Source of the DNA: Podarcis liolepis
Lineage: Eukaryota
DNA length: 64,000 bases
Assembly (NCBI GenBank): GCA_965112155.1
Contig: OZ218099.1
Direction: 5' to 3' (one strand)
Shown: positions 10,201 to 24,800 of the stretch, in pieces
Position numbering within the stretch: the stretch's first letter is position 1
How the letters are laid out: the number at the start of each line of letters is the position of its first letter
The notes under the pieces: generated by a model
Database searches by the model: none
Told to the model about the DNA's origin: nothing
Seen by the model: the letters and a program-made list of their open reading frames with translations, nothing else
Made by a program: the position numbers and the translations under genes

Positions 10201-13200
10201 AGAGCATGTGCCTTGCTTGCAGAAGGAGCCAACCCACAGTATCTCCAAGTAGGCCTGGGAAAGACTTGGAGAGCCACTGCCAGACACTGTGGACAACCCT
10301 GAGCTGCATGGACCATTGGTCTGGCTCAGCATAAGGCAGCTTCCTATGTCCCCTCCCATGTTCCCCATACATTCAGACTCTGACTTAGGGTACCTGTCTG
10401 ATGCAAAAGGGCGCAGCACTGGCTCTCGCTTATCTCACATGCTTCGCTCTCCCCGGAGCTCTCTGGTGAGGGGGTTTGCAGCTCCATCGGGAGACTCTGA
10501 TACCTGTCCTCTGCCTCTCCTGCACCGCTCACTTCAACCTCTGCTGCTGGTGCTTCCCTGTCAAAGTTCTGCAGAGTGGAGGAGCACAGGGACAGTTCTG
10601 GGGAGGCCACTTTGTTTTGAGGGGCTGTGGCCGGATCAGGGGGAGAATCGTCAAGGAACGAAAGCCAGAGACTGAGCTCAGGGTTGAGTCTTTTGGAGCG
10701 CCGCACGGCATAAATAAAGCTCTCCTGCTTGCGGCCTGCCTTCCCAAAGGCCAGCTGGGGCCGCTTTGCACAGTCTTCCTCCTCCTCCGCAGGGACGCCG
10801 GTCTCTTCCTTCACCTCGGACTCCGCTTTGAGGCCCTGCCTGGGCTCCGTTTTCACCTCTGGTGGCATTCTGCCCGTGGACTTGCATGCCTCCGTGGATC
10901 CCCCAGCAGCCTCGGGCGGCGGAGCTCCCGGAGCCTTGGGTGGCTGCAGCCTGGTCAAGGAGGCGTATGCAGGCTTGGCCAACCGGTATGGCTTGCTCAC
11001 ATCACACGGGAGGTCTCTGGCAAGCAGCTCCTTCAGGATGGAGAAGCTGGCTGCGGGGGCTCTGGGCTGCTTGCAGCCCGCTGAGAGGTGCCAAGAGCTG
11101 GGTGCGCAACTGTCCTTGCTGCAGAGCGGAGGCCGCTGCAGGGGGCAATCCGGCTTGGCCCTCTTGGACGGGCTGTGGAAATGCTGGTGTCTCACATCGG
11201 CAAGGTCTGTGGGGGGCAGCTTTCTGGGGGGAAGGCAGTAAGTGTGCATGTAGCGGATGAGCTCCACAGTAGCGTGCAGCTCCTTCTCTCCGGTGCCTTC
11301 CTCGGAGGAAGACGGTGGAGTCGCTGCCATGTTGCCGCAGGGCAGCAACTCTTCACCGGAGTCGCTGTCCTCTCCATGGTGGGCACAATAACTCTGGGGC
11401 TCCGTGCCGCCACTGTGGCACTCGTCCGGTGGCCAGTTGTCCTTTGTGTGTGGGCAGTGGGCAGTGATGGAGGTGAGGTGCTTATGAAGCTCGGTGCAGC
11501 TCCGGCTCTGGGCCTGGAGAAAACTCGGCTTTCGGTCTCGGACACCGTCCACCTTCAAGAGCAGAGGGAAAAGGAAGTTAGGCTAACCAAGAATGAGTTT
11601 CTTCCCAGCCACACCATAGACAGAGTCCTCATCTCCTCATCACATTCCATGTTTGGTGGTTACAGTAAGCAACTGCAGCAGATTTCTGTAGAAATGTTTA
11701 CACCCCAGAAGATTTTATGGAATCAATAATCTACTGTATATGAAGAACTATTCAGCCTCTTCTGTGCTCACCCTGGTAATTTATCAGTTACATTTCATTA
11801 ATGCCTATAGGATCTGTCTGATGCAATTTTATAAAGCAACTACTTGTACCCTTTGTGTAACTTATTTCTTCTCATCTACTTTCAGAGAACTTGCAGAATC
11901 TGGCTTTTTCGTGTCAGATTCTAAGGTAGTAAATGAAGGGCCTTGCATCCAAGCCACTAAACTGTATTTGTCATCGTCTTCTTCTTCTTCCTCAGCAGCC
12001 AGGTTTTTGGTAGCAAGCAGCAATACTACTTTCCAGTAAAGGTTGCTGCTTAATGCAAGCCTCACTCTGCCCTGTGTTTCAATTCCTGTTACACTGACTG
12101 AGCAAATACTGTGGGCATTTATCAGATGATGCCTTTGACACCACTAATAATGAGGGGAGCATTCGTTACCACCATGGTCAAGGAGGCCCTTGCCCTGCCT
12201 GAATCAGAGAAGAAAATGGATGATGAAAACTTATCTACCTATGCATGGATCTCTGCTATCTCTCAGCACAAAGCCTATGGCATATGTACACAAGCTAAGT
12301 AATGGGAGGACATGCCCGTTCTTTAAGAATCATATATAAGAGTCATCTGTGCACAACTTGAAGAGAAACAATAAAAGCTGGGTGGAAGTTTAAATTGATT
12401 CCATCCTTATCCTCCTATGTTTGTGTATGTGTAAATATAACAGAAGAATAGGAGGGATATAACCTGTTGAGATGCAGAGCCTTGTTCCTTAGTGAATGCC
12501 CTGGGTAGGAGAAATCAAATGAAGATTTGGAGAAGCTGCTGGAAGCTAATACAGGGTTTAAAGAACTGGGCAGGAGAGATGAGAAAGGAGAGGATGTATG
12601 TACACTTTTCAACAGCTCCTTTCAAGAACTACACAGAGCAAGAGAGATCAAAGGGATTCTTCACACCCCTTGCATCAAATTTCTTTCTAGCTGCTGTATG
12701 TGGCAAATAGTATTGATTTGCCTCCCCTTTCTTCCAGTTGGCATGGAAGGGTCACTGTCTCTCTCTTTCTCCTCCCCCCCCCCTCACTTAGCCCTGCCTT
12801 TCCCATGCAATCTAAATCCACTTGCCTAATGCACTGCACAATTTCCATCACCCAAGTGGAAAATCTTTAATGGCATCTTGTGTGGATTTCAGGGGATTAG
12901 TTTAAATGACTGGACTGGTTCTGCAACTGTACGTGTAGCTCTTTGCCCAGCTAAAGTCAGTTCAGTCAGCTGCTGGGAAGCTCCATTCTAATTTGGGGTC
13001 AAGGATGAGAGTGAGAGAGAAGAGGGGAAAGATCATCATGACAAAATTTAAAGACGAAGGGAATCTGGGGAAAATAAAGAGGCTCTTTGTATACCGCACT
13101 CCAAAGGGCACGCAGATGAAAGCCTTCTTGTTTTGAGAAGGCTCACTCTGATATCACTACCAGTGTCCTGTTTTTTCTCTCTCATCTCTCCGTTAACCCA

Positions 13201-15968
13201 GGTATGGCCAGCTTCTGTATTCATGGCTCTTTATTCCTGCTACGCAACCCAAATTCCTCAAGGGTAGACAAACCGTACAATACAGTGGATTCCACCTGCC
13301 AGTACTGGTCTCACAGTTTATGGAGCATGTGTGCCTGGGCACCGTGGCTAGGGCACTACTAGAGTGGCCCAATGCGAGAGGACAGGGCTCCTGCAACATC
13401 CATAAATGTGCATGACAAGCTACACTGGCTGAAATTCCCTCTCCAACACCACCATTAAAGGGCACAGGAGCCCAGATTTCTTTTGCATCTAGCTGCCCTA
13501 GCTGCTTTCTTCAAATCCCCACAGAGAGATATAAATAACGAAAAGTTTTTTTAAAAAAATCCCTTGCCTCTTGATAAATTTAGAAAGAAAAATAAAATCT
13601 CTATGAGTGAGATTAGGGCAAGCTTTTTTAAACCACCCCTTGATTAACATTTGGTATGTTCACAAGGGACTGCATAAAAATGCATGATGGCCTGTCAATG
13701 GATGACCTTTGGCTAAATAATAAAGATTTGAAGATCCAGGGTACAGTACCACCTCAATTTTAAAGGACAACAGTGACATTAAAAAACCAGATTTAAGTCA
13801 ACATGACCAAGATGCATTGTTTTTGCTTAAAGTAGTAAGCAAAGGTCTTGCTTAGCTAGGCCAGGGTCCCATCATGCACCCTAAGTAGGGCTACTCCAAT
13901 GGCTCACTTGGATGCTCCAGGTAGTGCAAGATGCAACTGAGTCACCTGCTGGCCCTCTGGTGCCACTGCCCCAACAGCTGCCATTAGTTCAAACTGCTCA
14001 GATGACACACACAGGGCACGGCCATCTCAGCCTAAGTTCCACATGCATTCAATGTGAAATCAATACCACCCTCACTTTGGGCAGCATGTCATGGGCTTTC
14101 AAGCCCCAACTTCTGAATGCATCTCAATTAGATGATCGATGGAGGCTCTGCTGTGCTTGAAGCACTGTGGCCAAACATGCACAAGAGGGCCTTTTTGACT
14201 GTGGCACCTTGGTTGCACAAAAGGCCCGCTTGTCTACCTCACTGCTCACCTCCTGGCACACAACCAACCCCGGGCTTATTCAGGAAAGGTTGTGAGCTGT
14301 TTAAGGCTGCAGTCCTATATACACTCATCTGGAAGTAAATCCCACTTTCTGAGTAGACATCACCATGATTACACTGATAAGAGTGGCCATGGGAACTATT
14401 TTTGCCTGCTACAACCTTTTTTGTTGGTGAAAACGTTGGTGAAGTTAAGCCATTACTGCAAGCAACCTCAAGTGTTTTGAGGAGAGGCAAGACAGAAGTC
14501 ATTTAACAAATAAATAAAACTTTACAAAACACTTCTAACAATACTGATGGGAGTGTGCCAGTGCTTACTAGGCCCTCCTGACCATACTTCTTCTGTTTAA
14601 AATGGGAGGTGAGCTGTAATGTACAACTTGGATTTAATCTTGGGTAAATATAGTGCGGTGTGCTATCTTAGGGCAAAGGTTAGGGTTGCTAAGGCCAAAC
14701 AATACCTTTGTACAGGGTCGCTGGGGTCTGGATTTGGGAGTTCCTTGACGCCATGTGCTCCCCTCTCTCTGAACCTCATAGCTTGGAGGCACATTGGATG
14801 GAGAAAGGAGCAACTTCTTCAGCTGGAAAGGGAAGCGGTGAAAGAAAGAGTCGGAATTCCTACATGAATGAACAACCACGTCTGCTTAAATTATCCCAGG
14901 TCAACCCTCCTGCTCTCCTCTAAGCAGGAGTGGAGATCCAGCCCTCCCACCCCCACAACATGAGTTTTGGCAGCCACAGATGTTCGAAGAGTCACATGAA
15001 TCAGGGTCATGGGGAGGCTCCAACACACGCTGAGACTGAAAGCAAACAGGGGCTTGGAAAAGACCGTTTCCGAATTTATTGCCACCTGAGTTGGGTCTGG
15101 CTTGCAGTTCCAACTGGCATTGGATACTTACCAAGACCCAGCTCCATGGAGGCTCACTGCCTTGTTGTTAAAGCTCATCAAGGTGATGACAAAAATTCAT
15201 TCATAGCTACGTGCAGCGAAAAAGCCTGCATGCGTGACCATCACATATGAGGATCTGCCTGCAGGTTTTGTGCCATTTTCCTACATGGAGGTGCTGTTCA
15301 TATAGCAATTATATAGCATATGAAGAATTCCTGAAAGAGCCGCACAAAAAACAAATCATTTTTGCAAAAAACCAAACATCTTTCTGGAGAGCTCTTTGGC
15401 TGCAGGTATCAAAAGTTCAAAAGTTACTTCATAGGGAAGGGACAATGGCTTATCAACAATACTCATCGCATGTTATACAAAACATTTCACAATCCTTCTC
15501 TGGGTACTCCTCCTTAACGTCTCTGGAGTATCTTTCAGGGAAACCAAGGTGTGTGCCACTTACTACTAGCAGTGGTTGGCAGGGTGGCACAGGCAATGCC
15601 TAATGTCACTGCTGCTTACCATGGGGGGGGGGGGTTTGCACAGAGAGCTGAGTCTGGTGTGGGTGCAGTGGCGGGAGCCAATCTGATGCTCCAGCCACCA
15701 TGCCTACACCATGCTGAGCTCTGCCTGCCCTGCCCACCCCTCTCCATCTTAGCTCAGTGTCAGGAAGTCAGTTGTGCGGTGCTGCTGTGCCAACTGCTGC
15801 TACCTCTGTCGCCTTCTCTAAGGAGGACCAGACCTGTCATGGCACTGAATAATCAAATCAAGTCTGATTGTGCAAAATGAACATTCTGTTGCCATAATTA
15901 AACGGTGGGACACCATTTGTGGAGTTAAGTGTCCCTCGATGGCAGAAACTCCCTAGGTACAGAGGAAG

Positions 15969-16014
<46 letters not shown>

Positions 16015-18799
16015 ATTATCCTGCCTAATCTTAAAAATTGGCAAGTCCTGGATTCTGCAAGCATGCTGCCTTCATGGCAGCAGAGATTCAGGCACCTCCA
16101 CCCCAGGCTCTCTTAAGTAAAACGTTGGAGGGGGAGAGAGATAGCTCTTTGCAGTTTGAAGAATCATGGGTGTTGTTGTTGAACTGGCTTCTGGATAGTG
16201 AGGTTAATTCCCACCCATCCTTTAAACCCTAACTTGTGATATATATTTTTACGGGCATCCAATTTGCGTCAAGGAAGCAAGTGCATCAGCGCCTGAAAAT
16301 CAATCAGTGGGATGTAACATTCCAACATGGCCTTTGATTGATTGATTGATTGACTAATTGATTCATCAGCTCGAAAGTCTTTTGAAGATGCACGTTCTGT
16401 CCAAATACCAAGTATTTACAAGGTTCTTTTTTTAAAAAAGAAATAAATATAAATATGAACCTTTGGACGAGTGCTATTTTAACCCCATCAAGGAAGTTGT
16501 GGGCAAAACAGCAGACTGAAAAATTATCTTGGGGTATCTGGTATCATGACCTAAATGTTCCTGATTACATGGCTAGAATATTTCAGTTTTGTTTTTTTTT
16601 AAAAAAGGGGGGAGGCGAGGTTTCACATTCCACACTCTCACGTTGAAGGCAACATGGGATCCGTTAACATTAATGCCAGATTTGACTCTTGTGGGAACGT
16701 GGCAGTCGGGGGAAATCTTCAAAGGCAGTCTGGAAACTCAAAAAAGCTCTTTAACAATTAAGTGTACGATGGAGATTCAATCAGTCAGTTCCCACGGTCA
16801 AATGCCTGCTTTCTCCATCACAATTTTAAGTGAAAATTTCTGCTGTCTGATATAATATATATGTAATATATATAAATGAAAAGTTTATTTCCTTCTCTCC
16901 TGCAACGTATACATCCTATATATACACATATGGATTTGTGTGATATATATATCTATAAATATATAAATATTATACACCCACACACATGCACACTTTTGTG
17001 TGAAGTGAAAATGCCATATATTTCACCACTAGATGCCGCCAGAACACTTTTAGAAATCATGACATTCATTAATGACAGATAAGGGAAGGGGGAGGAGGGG
17101 GAATAGAGAATGATAGGCAGGAGCCTGTGGGAACATATGGAGTCCTCTAAAACCAACACTCTTGTAGGATGATTTAGAGCATGGCCAAGTAACAGAAGGG
17201 TGGAGGGTCGAAGGCTCTGTAGCCTCCGGCTCTGGGCATGTGCTAAGTGAAAACAGGTTCTGAAAATGTGGCGTTCTCCGTGAAGACGCCATCCACAGTG
17301 CCCTCTTCCCCTTCCACCACTCCTTGCAGGTTTGCTAAGAAGGGATCTCTGACAGAAGTCACAGAATAGCTAGGACTTCAAGCTTCACCAAGCCCCCAAA
17401 ATCCAGGAGTCACAAAAAGGGCGTTGTGCATTCTTCACTTCTGTGTATCCTCAAGGGAGCAGAGAGCAGGGCAGGGGCTGGAATATGGCTCTAGGCACAG
17501 AATTTGGCTTTCCAGAGAACCTCTTCAGTGTAAAGGCAAGCTTCAGGTTCTTGAAAGCGTGTAGGCAATACCAGATGAAATCTCAAAAGTGTGGGAAGTA
17601 ACTAAACTTCTGGTTGTTGGCTGGGTAGGAGTGGTGGTAGTCCTAGTTCCTAAGACTAGCCAAAGCAGAATAAAATTACGCCAAAGGAAAAATACGCAGT
17701 CTGCTTGATTTGCATAATGCATAGTGGTCACAGACTCCAGATTTTCAGTTATTTATTTGGGAAACCTGGGCTAAGCTTTCAATTTGCTATACATGCAGAG
17801 ATTTCTTTTCCATCATTTTATTCAGGATATCATGGTGCACAATACTTTTTCTGTTTTTTAAAGCAAATAAATACTAATTTATTTGCTCATTTTCTCGTGT
17901 TCTTCTATTATAGAACACAGGGCGACCCAGCCATGGAGTGTTGTCTTTGTCTGTGCCCCCCCCCCCCCCGCCCCCGGCACTGACCAGACCCAGACCTGCC
18001 TAAGCTTCAGCAAGGTGGTGCAGATACATTCAGCCCTGACCATAAGGGGATACAGCAGATCAGCGACACTAGCCAACCTCATAGCGAGGAGGGAGCTTTT
18101 CTCACGCCTCTGATCATGCGAGGGATCAGCACTTGGAGACAGAGAGTGGAGGGTGGGAGTGGGCGAGGAGGAACGGGGGGGGGGAATGTTGGGAAATGAG
18201 ATATATCAAAAAAGAGAAAGAAACAGCAGACAATGAGGCACCACTGGAGTGGGGCTTGTTTAAAGATGATTGCAGCTCTGGAATGCATCTGATGCCATTC
18301 ACACGCCTGACCCGCACTCGATTCCCCCTCCCCGCAACGGTCACACTCTTTCCCCCATGAGGATGGCAATGGAGCAAACCGGAGTGAGAGCAATGGTGCA
18401 GCACATGTATACGTATACAATAACAGGTATATGCTTTTTGTATTGTTATAATTGTAAGCCTATAATGAAAAAATTCAGACCTTTGCTTCCTATCATACCC
18501 ATGCAGCCGGCTTATCAGAGGCGCATCCAAATCCACCTTAAACAGTAGGAAGTGGGTTCTTACTAGAGACAGCTCATCAACCTCTGGGGCCAGAGGAGGC
18601 CCCCTCGGGAGAGGGGCGGCAGGTTTGGGAGAGGGGGTGAGTGACGTGCAGCCGCTGTTGGGCATGTCCCCCTCGTCCATAGGTCTGAAGGCGGCCAGGC
18701 TCATGTCGTCTCCCTGGATGTCATCCAGTGTCTCGGTGAGAGCCGCCAGCAGCGCTTCATTCTCGCTGTCAATAATCTGGTGGGAGGAGTCAGAAGAAT

Positions 18800-18852
<53 letters not shown>

Positions 18853-21800
18853 TTACCCAATCAAAATGCCTCCTACAAGAGAACAACTCAAATGACATCA
18901 CATTAAAGGGATGTGCGCAGGAAAGGAAACACCATGCAGACGAAACCACTGAGGCTGAATATATCACTATACAGTGGGTACCTAGGTTTAAGAACAGCCC
19001 TGTTTACGAGCTATTCGGTTTACAAACTCTGCAAAATTGGAAGTAGGGCCCCGGTTTGCGAACTTTACCTCGGTCTAAGAACGGAATCCAAGCGGTGGAA
19101 GGGCACCGGCGGCGGGAGGCCTCATTAGGGAAAGCGCACCTCGGTTTAAGAACGGTTTCCGTTTAAGAACAGACTTCCGGAACCGATTAAGTTCAAAAAC
19201 TGAGGTACCTCTGTATTGCAAAAACAATCTATGAACCCTAAGATACATAGGGTTGTATCCAACACTAGTCCTACTCAGAGCAGATCATGGACATGACTGA
19301 CTTTCACCCACCAACTTGAATTTGTCTATTCTGAGCATCCTTTAATTGCATAGAACCCACATGGAGTTTATTAGAATCCAAAATGTAATAACACACTTAC
19401 ATTTGTACATCATCATATAGCATCCATATGTAANNNNNNNNNNNNNNNNNNNNNNNNNNNNNNNNNNNNNNNNNNNNNNNNNNNNNNNNNNNNNNNNNNN
19501 NNNNNNNNNNNNNNNNNNNNNNNNNNNNNNNNNNNNNNNNNNNNNNNNNNNNNNNNNNNNNNNNNNAAAGTTCTGAGAAGCCTTTAACAGTGTAACCCAT
19601 CCATGAATATAATTTCCACGATTAAAGGTTTTATTTTTTAACAGCATTCACCTAGGTTTGTTGAGATATGATTTGATTTGGAGGTGAGCTTTATTTCTGC
19701 AAGAGCTGGAGATCTTATCTCTAGCTATATTTCTGCTTCCGAAAAGGGTTTATGTTGGAAGGATTTTGCTGTCTGACTTACAGCTGATGCACATTGTTCT
19801 TAAAAGAAAAAAATAAACTACAAATCCCTATCTTAAAATAACAGATGTCAGTGAGGATTCCCTGATTTTCCTGCAGACATTTCCCCATCTTTGTTGTTTC
19901 TGGCCTACTTTGCATCCCAATTCTGCGGAGGTTTCCTTGGAAGCAAGTCACACTGAGTTCAGTAAGACTTACTCTCAGGAAGATATGCCTAGGATTGCAG
20001 CCTTAGAAATGTTTCAACCGATACAAATGGCGCACTAAAGGAAGGCTGTAAGTTTAATGAAAGAATTGATCAACTAGCACACTTGCACAGGCTAAGCCGC
20101 ATTGAACTCAATGGGATTCAGTTCTAAGTAAATATGCGTAGGACCATACTGTACAGCTTTGATCTCAGATTAAAATTTGCCCCTCCATTAGCTGCTGGGT
20201 CTGAGGCTGAAGGGTACAAACTTCACACAGACTGCACATGCATAGCTATTCCCCTCTTCTCTGTACTAAATTTGATAGAGAAAAACCCAACAACTTACAT
20301 CCAGCTTTTCCTCCCAGTTTATATCCATATCTATCAGATATTTTGCACTTGATGACAAAGTTATCTTTTAGCAATAAAAATCACAGGCAACTGAAGCGCT
20401 CAGTTGGAATCAGTGGACACGATCCAACCAGAGGCAGGTATTGTAAAATCTTGATTTCAATGAAAGAATTATATGCACATGCACAAAACTCTGCCCCTTC
20501 AATCAGTGGGGCTTTAAAATTGCTTAACTTCAGCTGGGTTGTCCCCACTGTCTTACTGGGTTTTACTGATATGTTTACAATCAGCCTGAAGCACACAGGT
20601 TTATCACAGAAGCAGCTTCCCACATGATTTGCCTTCCCGGTGACAATCACGCTGTAAAGGTTGTAGTAGAAACTGGCCTTACTTTGGCTTGGGCGCCATA
20701 CCAATGAATGATGGAATTGGTGAATTTGAGTGTCCAGTGAAGAAAGAACTCAATAGAGGGTGGACCATGAGCTGACAGACCCTATGGGGAAAACTCTCAT
20801 CCATCCTGCATCTGTAAGAAGCTTTGGGTCACAGTCAACTAACTTGCTGCGCTAGTGGAAGCCAGTGCAGGGATTACCCCTAGTGCAACGGGACTTCCCC
20901 TCTTTCTTCCCCCTATGCCCTCCTCAAATTTGCTCCACAGGGTCAGGGAAACAGCCAGAACAGAATGTGGGGAGAAGGAGAGGGGAGGCTGCTCTGTCGG
21001 ACAAGCAGAAATGCTTCCGCTGATGAAAGGATCCCCTTAGCAATATGATGAATACAACCCTTGGTGCGATTACAATCTTAGAACTGGAAGTTAGCAGATG
21101 ATAATGGAACCTAACCCTCTGTTTTAAAATGTGTTTCTCCATGCACTTTGCCACACCCCACCACATCTTGCAGATTAATCCTTGAGGTCTAGAATTGACT
21201 CTATGCTGCAATGAGGTAGAACCAGCGAAGTGCCTGTACAGTTTAAGACATGGTTTAGCAAATCACCTCTGACGACTCAAGCAGAGGTGCTGCAGTGGCC
21301 CGAAAGCTATTGGACATCCCTGGTAACCGCTAGGAAAACCACTAGGAAAACCGGCTGAGGGTGCCAGTTTTTCTAGTGGTTAATTTCAGGATGATTCATT
21401 TGGAACATGACAGTACACAGGGCCATGTAATCTTGCATCCCACTTTTTATGTACTCAAATCAAGCAGTTCCCTAAACTGCACAGTTGCAGATATCTGAGT
21501 ATGATGAACACTGGAATCATTCCTGGAAATCCAAAGAGTAGATAAAAAAGAACACTGTTGAGTTCAGATTATAGCTAAATGGTTCAGGGGAGGGTGAGAG
21601 CCAGTGGATTTTAACAACCAGATGTTTTGAATAACAAACGTTTTGCTGCTATTCCTAATTTCCCAAGCTGAATTTCCCATGCAGCTATTTTACAGTTCTT
21701 TGATTCTGACCTGTCACAGCCAATATGTTTAAACTTTGCAAAAATCAGGTCTGAGACTGCAGGACTCCAAATGTTAACTGAAAGACAGTCATGCAGCATT

Positions 21801-24800
21801 TTGCTCTTGACAATTTCAATGTTATTATTTGCTTTAGCATTCCTCCCAACATAATGGAGTACTGTATCACTTCTCTGTACCTGAGGTTATAAAGAGTTGA
21901 TGAAAAGAAAGAAAGAAGGAACTTGTTTCAAAAACAAAGTTCTTTCTTTCCTTCCTTCCTTTCTAGAACAACAGGTTGATAAAGACAATGCATGCTATGA
22001 GTCTGAAAGTGTCAGGACTTGGCAAGGTCCAACTTCCAGTATACGGGCTCCTGGGACCTGCAGGAGCTGCCTGTCACTCCAAAGCAAGTGAAGCCCAAAT
22101 AAAAAAGGTGTCTATTTCCACAGCAGAAAACACGGGAGGGAGCAGGGCAGGGTTCTAAGGGCCTGAAGGAAGAGAGAAATTTTGGAGGCTGGGGTGGGAG
22201 AAAGCTCCCTCCTTCCAACCCGCCCCCCCCCCCGAAATTTTAACAGCACTTAGAAAGTGTCCTCATGCTAGGCTCTAAAGCTAGGGCTTGGTGGACAGGG
22301 ATTGGCCCTTGGAGTCAGCTGGTGCTGCAGCTTAGTGGGTACCTTTGAAGCACAGTGCTCACTCTGCCAGGTTCGCAGTGAAAACTGCGCATTGGTGGCG
22401 CAGGAGGTAAGGTGCCCAAGCCTGGCTGTAGAATTTCATTAGACTTTGTTGTTGTTGTTGTTTAGTTGTTTAGTCGTGCCCGACTCTTACTGACATCTTA
22501 TTGAGAACCTTGCCCTGATGCCTTATTGGCTAAGCGTGCAATGCAAATGCCCTTTGTCGTGAGCTGTGTACTTGTGTGTGAACTAGGTGGAGGTGCTCCT
22601 TTGTCCAGCCCTGCCAGCTTTCACCTGTGGAGGGACACCAGAGAGCCGCCTGTTTTGCCTGCCAAAGATGTGGGAGGGTGCAGGTGCTGCCAGCAGGATC
22701 CCTACACACTCCAGTGTCAACCAAGGCCCCCAAAGGGGGCATTCCAGAACAGGGAGGTGCTGAGCCAGAGCCAGCTGCAATCACCTAGGAATGCCAGTCT
22801 ATCTGGATTAGAAGCAGGCACGGGGAACCTTCACTGGAGGCAATTCAGGCTTTACTGGGGTAATGTGGCACAGTCTCCCACACTCCTTTGTTGCCTCTTA
22901 TGCTGGTACTGCTTGTTTCCTAACCCCCCCCCCATCTGCATTCTCATGACAGAGTTCTGCATCAGGCATTTGCATGAACATTTGAATTGGCTCTCGGACA
23001 CAAAGAGATGTGCCTAACTTTGAAGAAACGAAGAATCCCCACTGACTGTGAGTATGTGCTTATTTGGATTTGACTACAGCCACCATTAACCCCAAATATT
23101 CATGTCAGCACTACGAGAAACTATGGCGGAAACAGCAGCACTCAGAAGGAAGGGCAGCAAAGGGGGCTGTGTTCTCCTGACAAATTTATTTTCCTTCCAG
23201 CATTGGTGAGATACTTCTGCAGGCAGGAGGACATCAGCAGGGTACGTTTCATCAGGCTCTGCTCATTCCTAAAAGACCTGCCTTTTACTTTTCAGCTCTG
23301 TTTATCTTTTCCTCAGGAAGTTCAGTGGAAAATATGTATCCCGCAATGACGGCCTGTCAGTCACTCTCGACCTTTTGCAAGAACAGTGTAAAGCTGGCAT
23401 GTGAAGGTGTCACTGTGGGGAAGGAATTCTTTAAAAGTTCATCATGAGTGGATAATTCCACTACAAAATGCGAACTGGCAGGCAGTTGTAATCTGGAATC
23501 CAAAATCAACCTTATGCTAAAGACAAAAGGAAAAGAAAAGAAAAAAGAAAGAACACCTTCTCTTCATATACAGCAAACAATCTGTTCCCCCTGAAGCAGC
23601 AGGTATTTAATGGAGGAGAGGCAAGAGGAGAATGGTTTTTTCCTGCCAAATTCCTGATACTACATCAGGCCAGGTATAAACTCATACCCCACACTGTTCT
23701 CTCCCCACTCCTCCTGCCTCCTTGATTTCCTTTCTCAATTACTCTGGCGAGGCACTTCAAAGAACCTCTTCAGACATCCTCCACCCCGGCCAAAGATCAT
23801 CACGGGAATCGAGTGTATAAAATGATGAACTATTCTTTTATTACAGGAACTAAACGGCAATAATATTAGGTTTTTGCATAATGTGCAGGACTCTCCCAAC
23901 ATCCTGGTTCCTGCTGAGTCAGTCAGTGGGGATGGTGCGGGACCAGCCGACAGAGCCTGCAGCAGCCAGACCAGTCTGCATGGCAGGATGCAGAAAGGGA
24001 GCCAAGCTCCTTTGTTGCTCAGCCTTCAGAGGAAGCAAAGGTTACCTGGAAGGCTATGATGGGGTTAAGAAGGGAGCAGGGGTGGCGGGTGAGGCACCAT
24101 CATATGAACTAGCTCTAGACTCTTGGAAATGCTACTGGCATTCGACATAAAAGGCAAGAGCAGGCATATCGTGTGCATGTGAACACAATGGGAAGGGCTC
24201 TAGCTCAGTGGTGGAGCATCTGTCTTGTAAGCAGAAAGTTGCAACTTCAATCCCTGACATCTCCAGGTAAGGCTGGGAAAGACTCCCTGTCCGAAATGTT
24301 GAAGGGGTGCTACCTACCGGTCAGTGTAGGCAATACTGAACTAGGTAGGGCAATGGTCTGATCTGCCACAAGGCAGCTTCCTGTCTTCTTAAATTAACAG
24401 GGGGAGAACTGAAGCCAAGAACTGTTCACAACATATCCTGATCATGGAAACACCACCATGAATACCTTGTGCCCTGTTGGGAGATGGTGTGTATTTTGTG
24501 GAAAGCCAAGAGCAAGGAGGGGGAGGCGGCGTGGGGTGCGCCAAGGGAGCTGTGTCACCCGCAGGTAATCTGTGCGCCTTTAATCTTCCTCGCGGGCTCA
24601 CGGCTCCATCCACCTGCACCGCGTCTCAGCTCGCCGATTGGTATAATGGGACCACATATATTTAGAGAGCACGAGCAGCACACTGAGAGGGAGCCTCAGC
24701 TAAAAATATCCATGTGCACAGAGAGATGCAAAGGTGACGCCGAAGCTGGAGAGTCAGATAAAAGGGAAGCTTTCTGTGCGCTGGAAAATTAACATTCCAG

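Noticed and set aside
10289-11729. Long plus-strand and alternative-frame ORFs (128-213 aa) overlapping exon 5
   Set aside because: These are antisense or shifted shadows of GC-rich coding sequence with no recognisable domain.
11862-12065. Acidic ORF ([18 protein letters not shown]) in intron 4 as a possible cassette exon
   Set aside because: I found no convincing acceptor/donor pair before the stop, and the acidic run comes from a short (GAA)n repeat.
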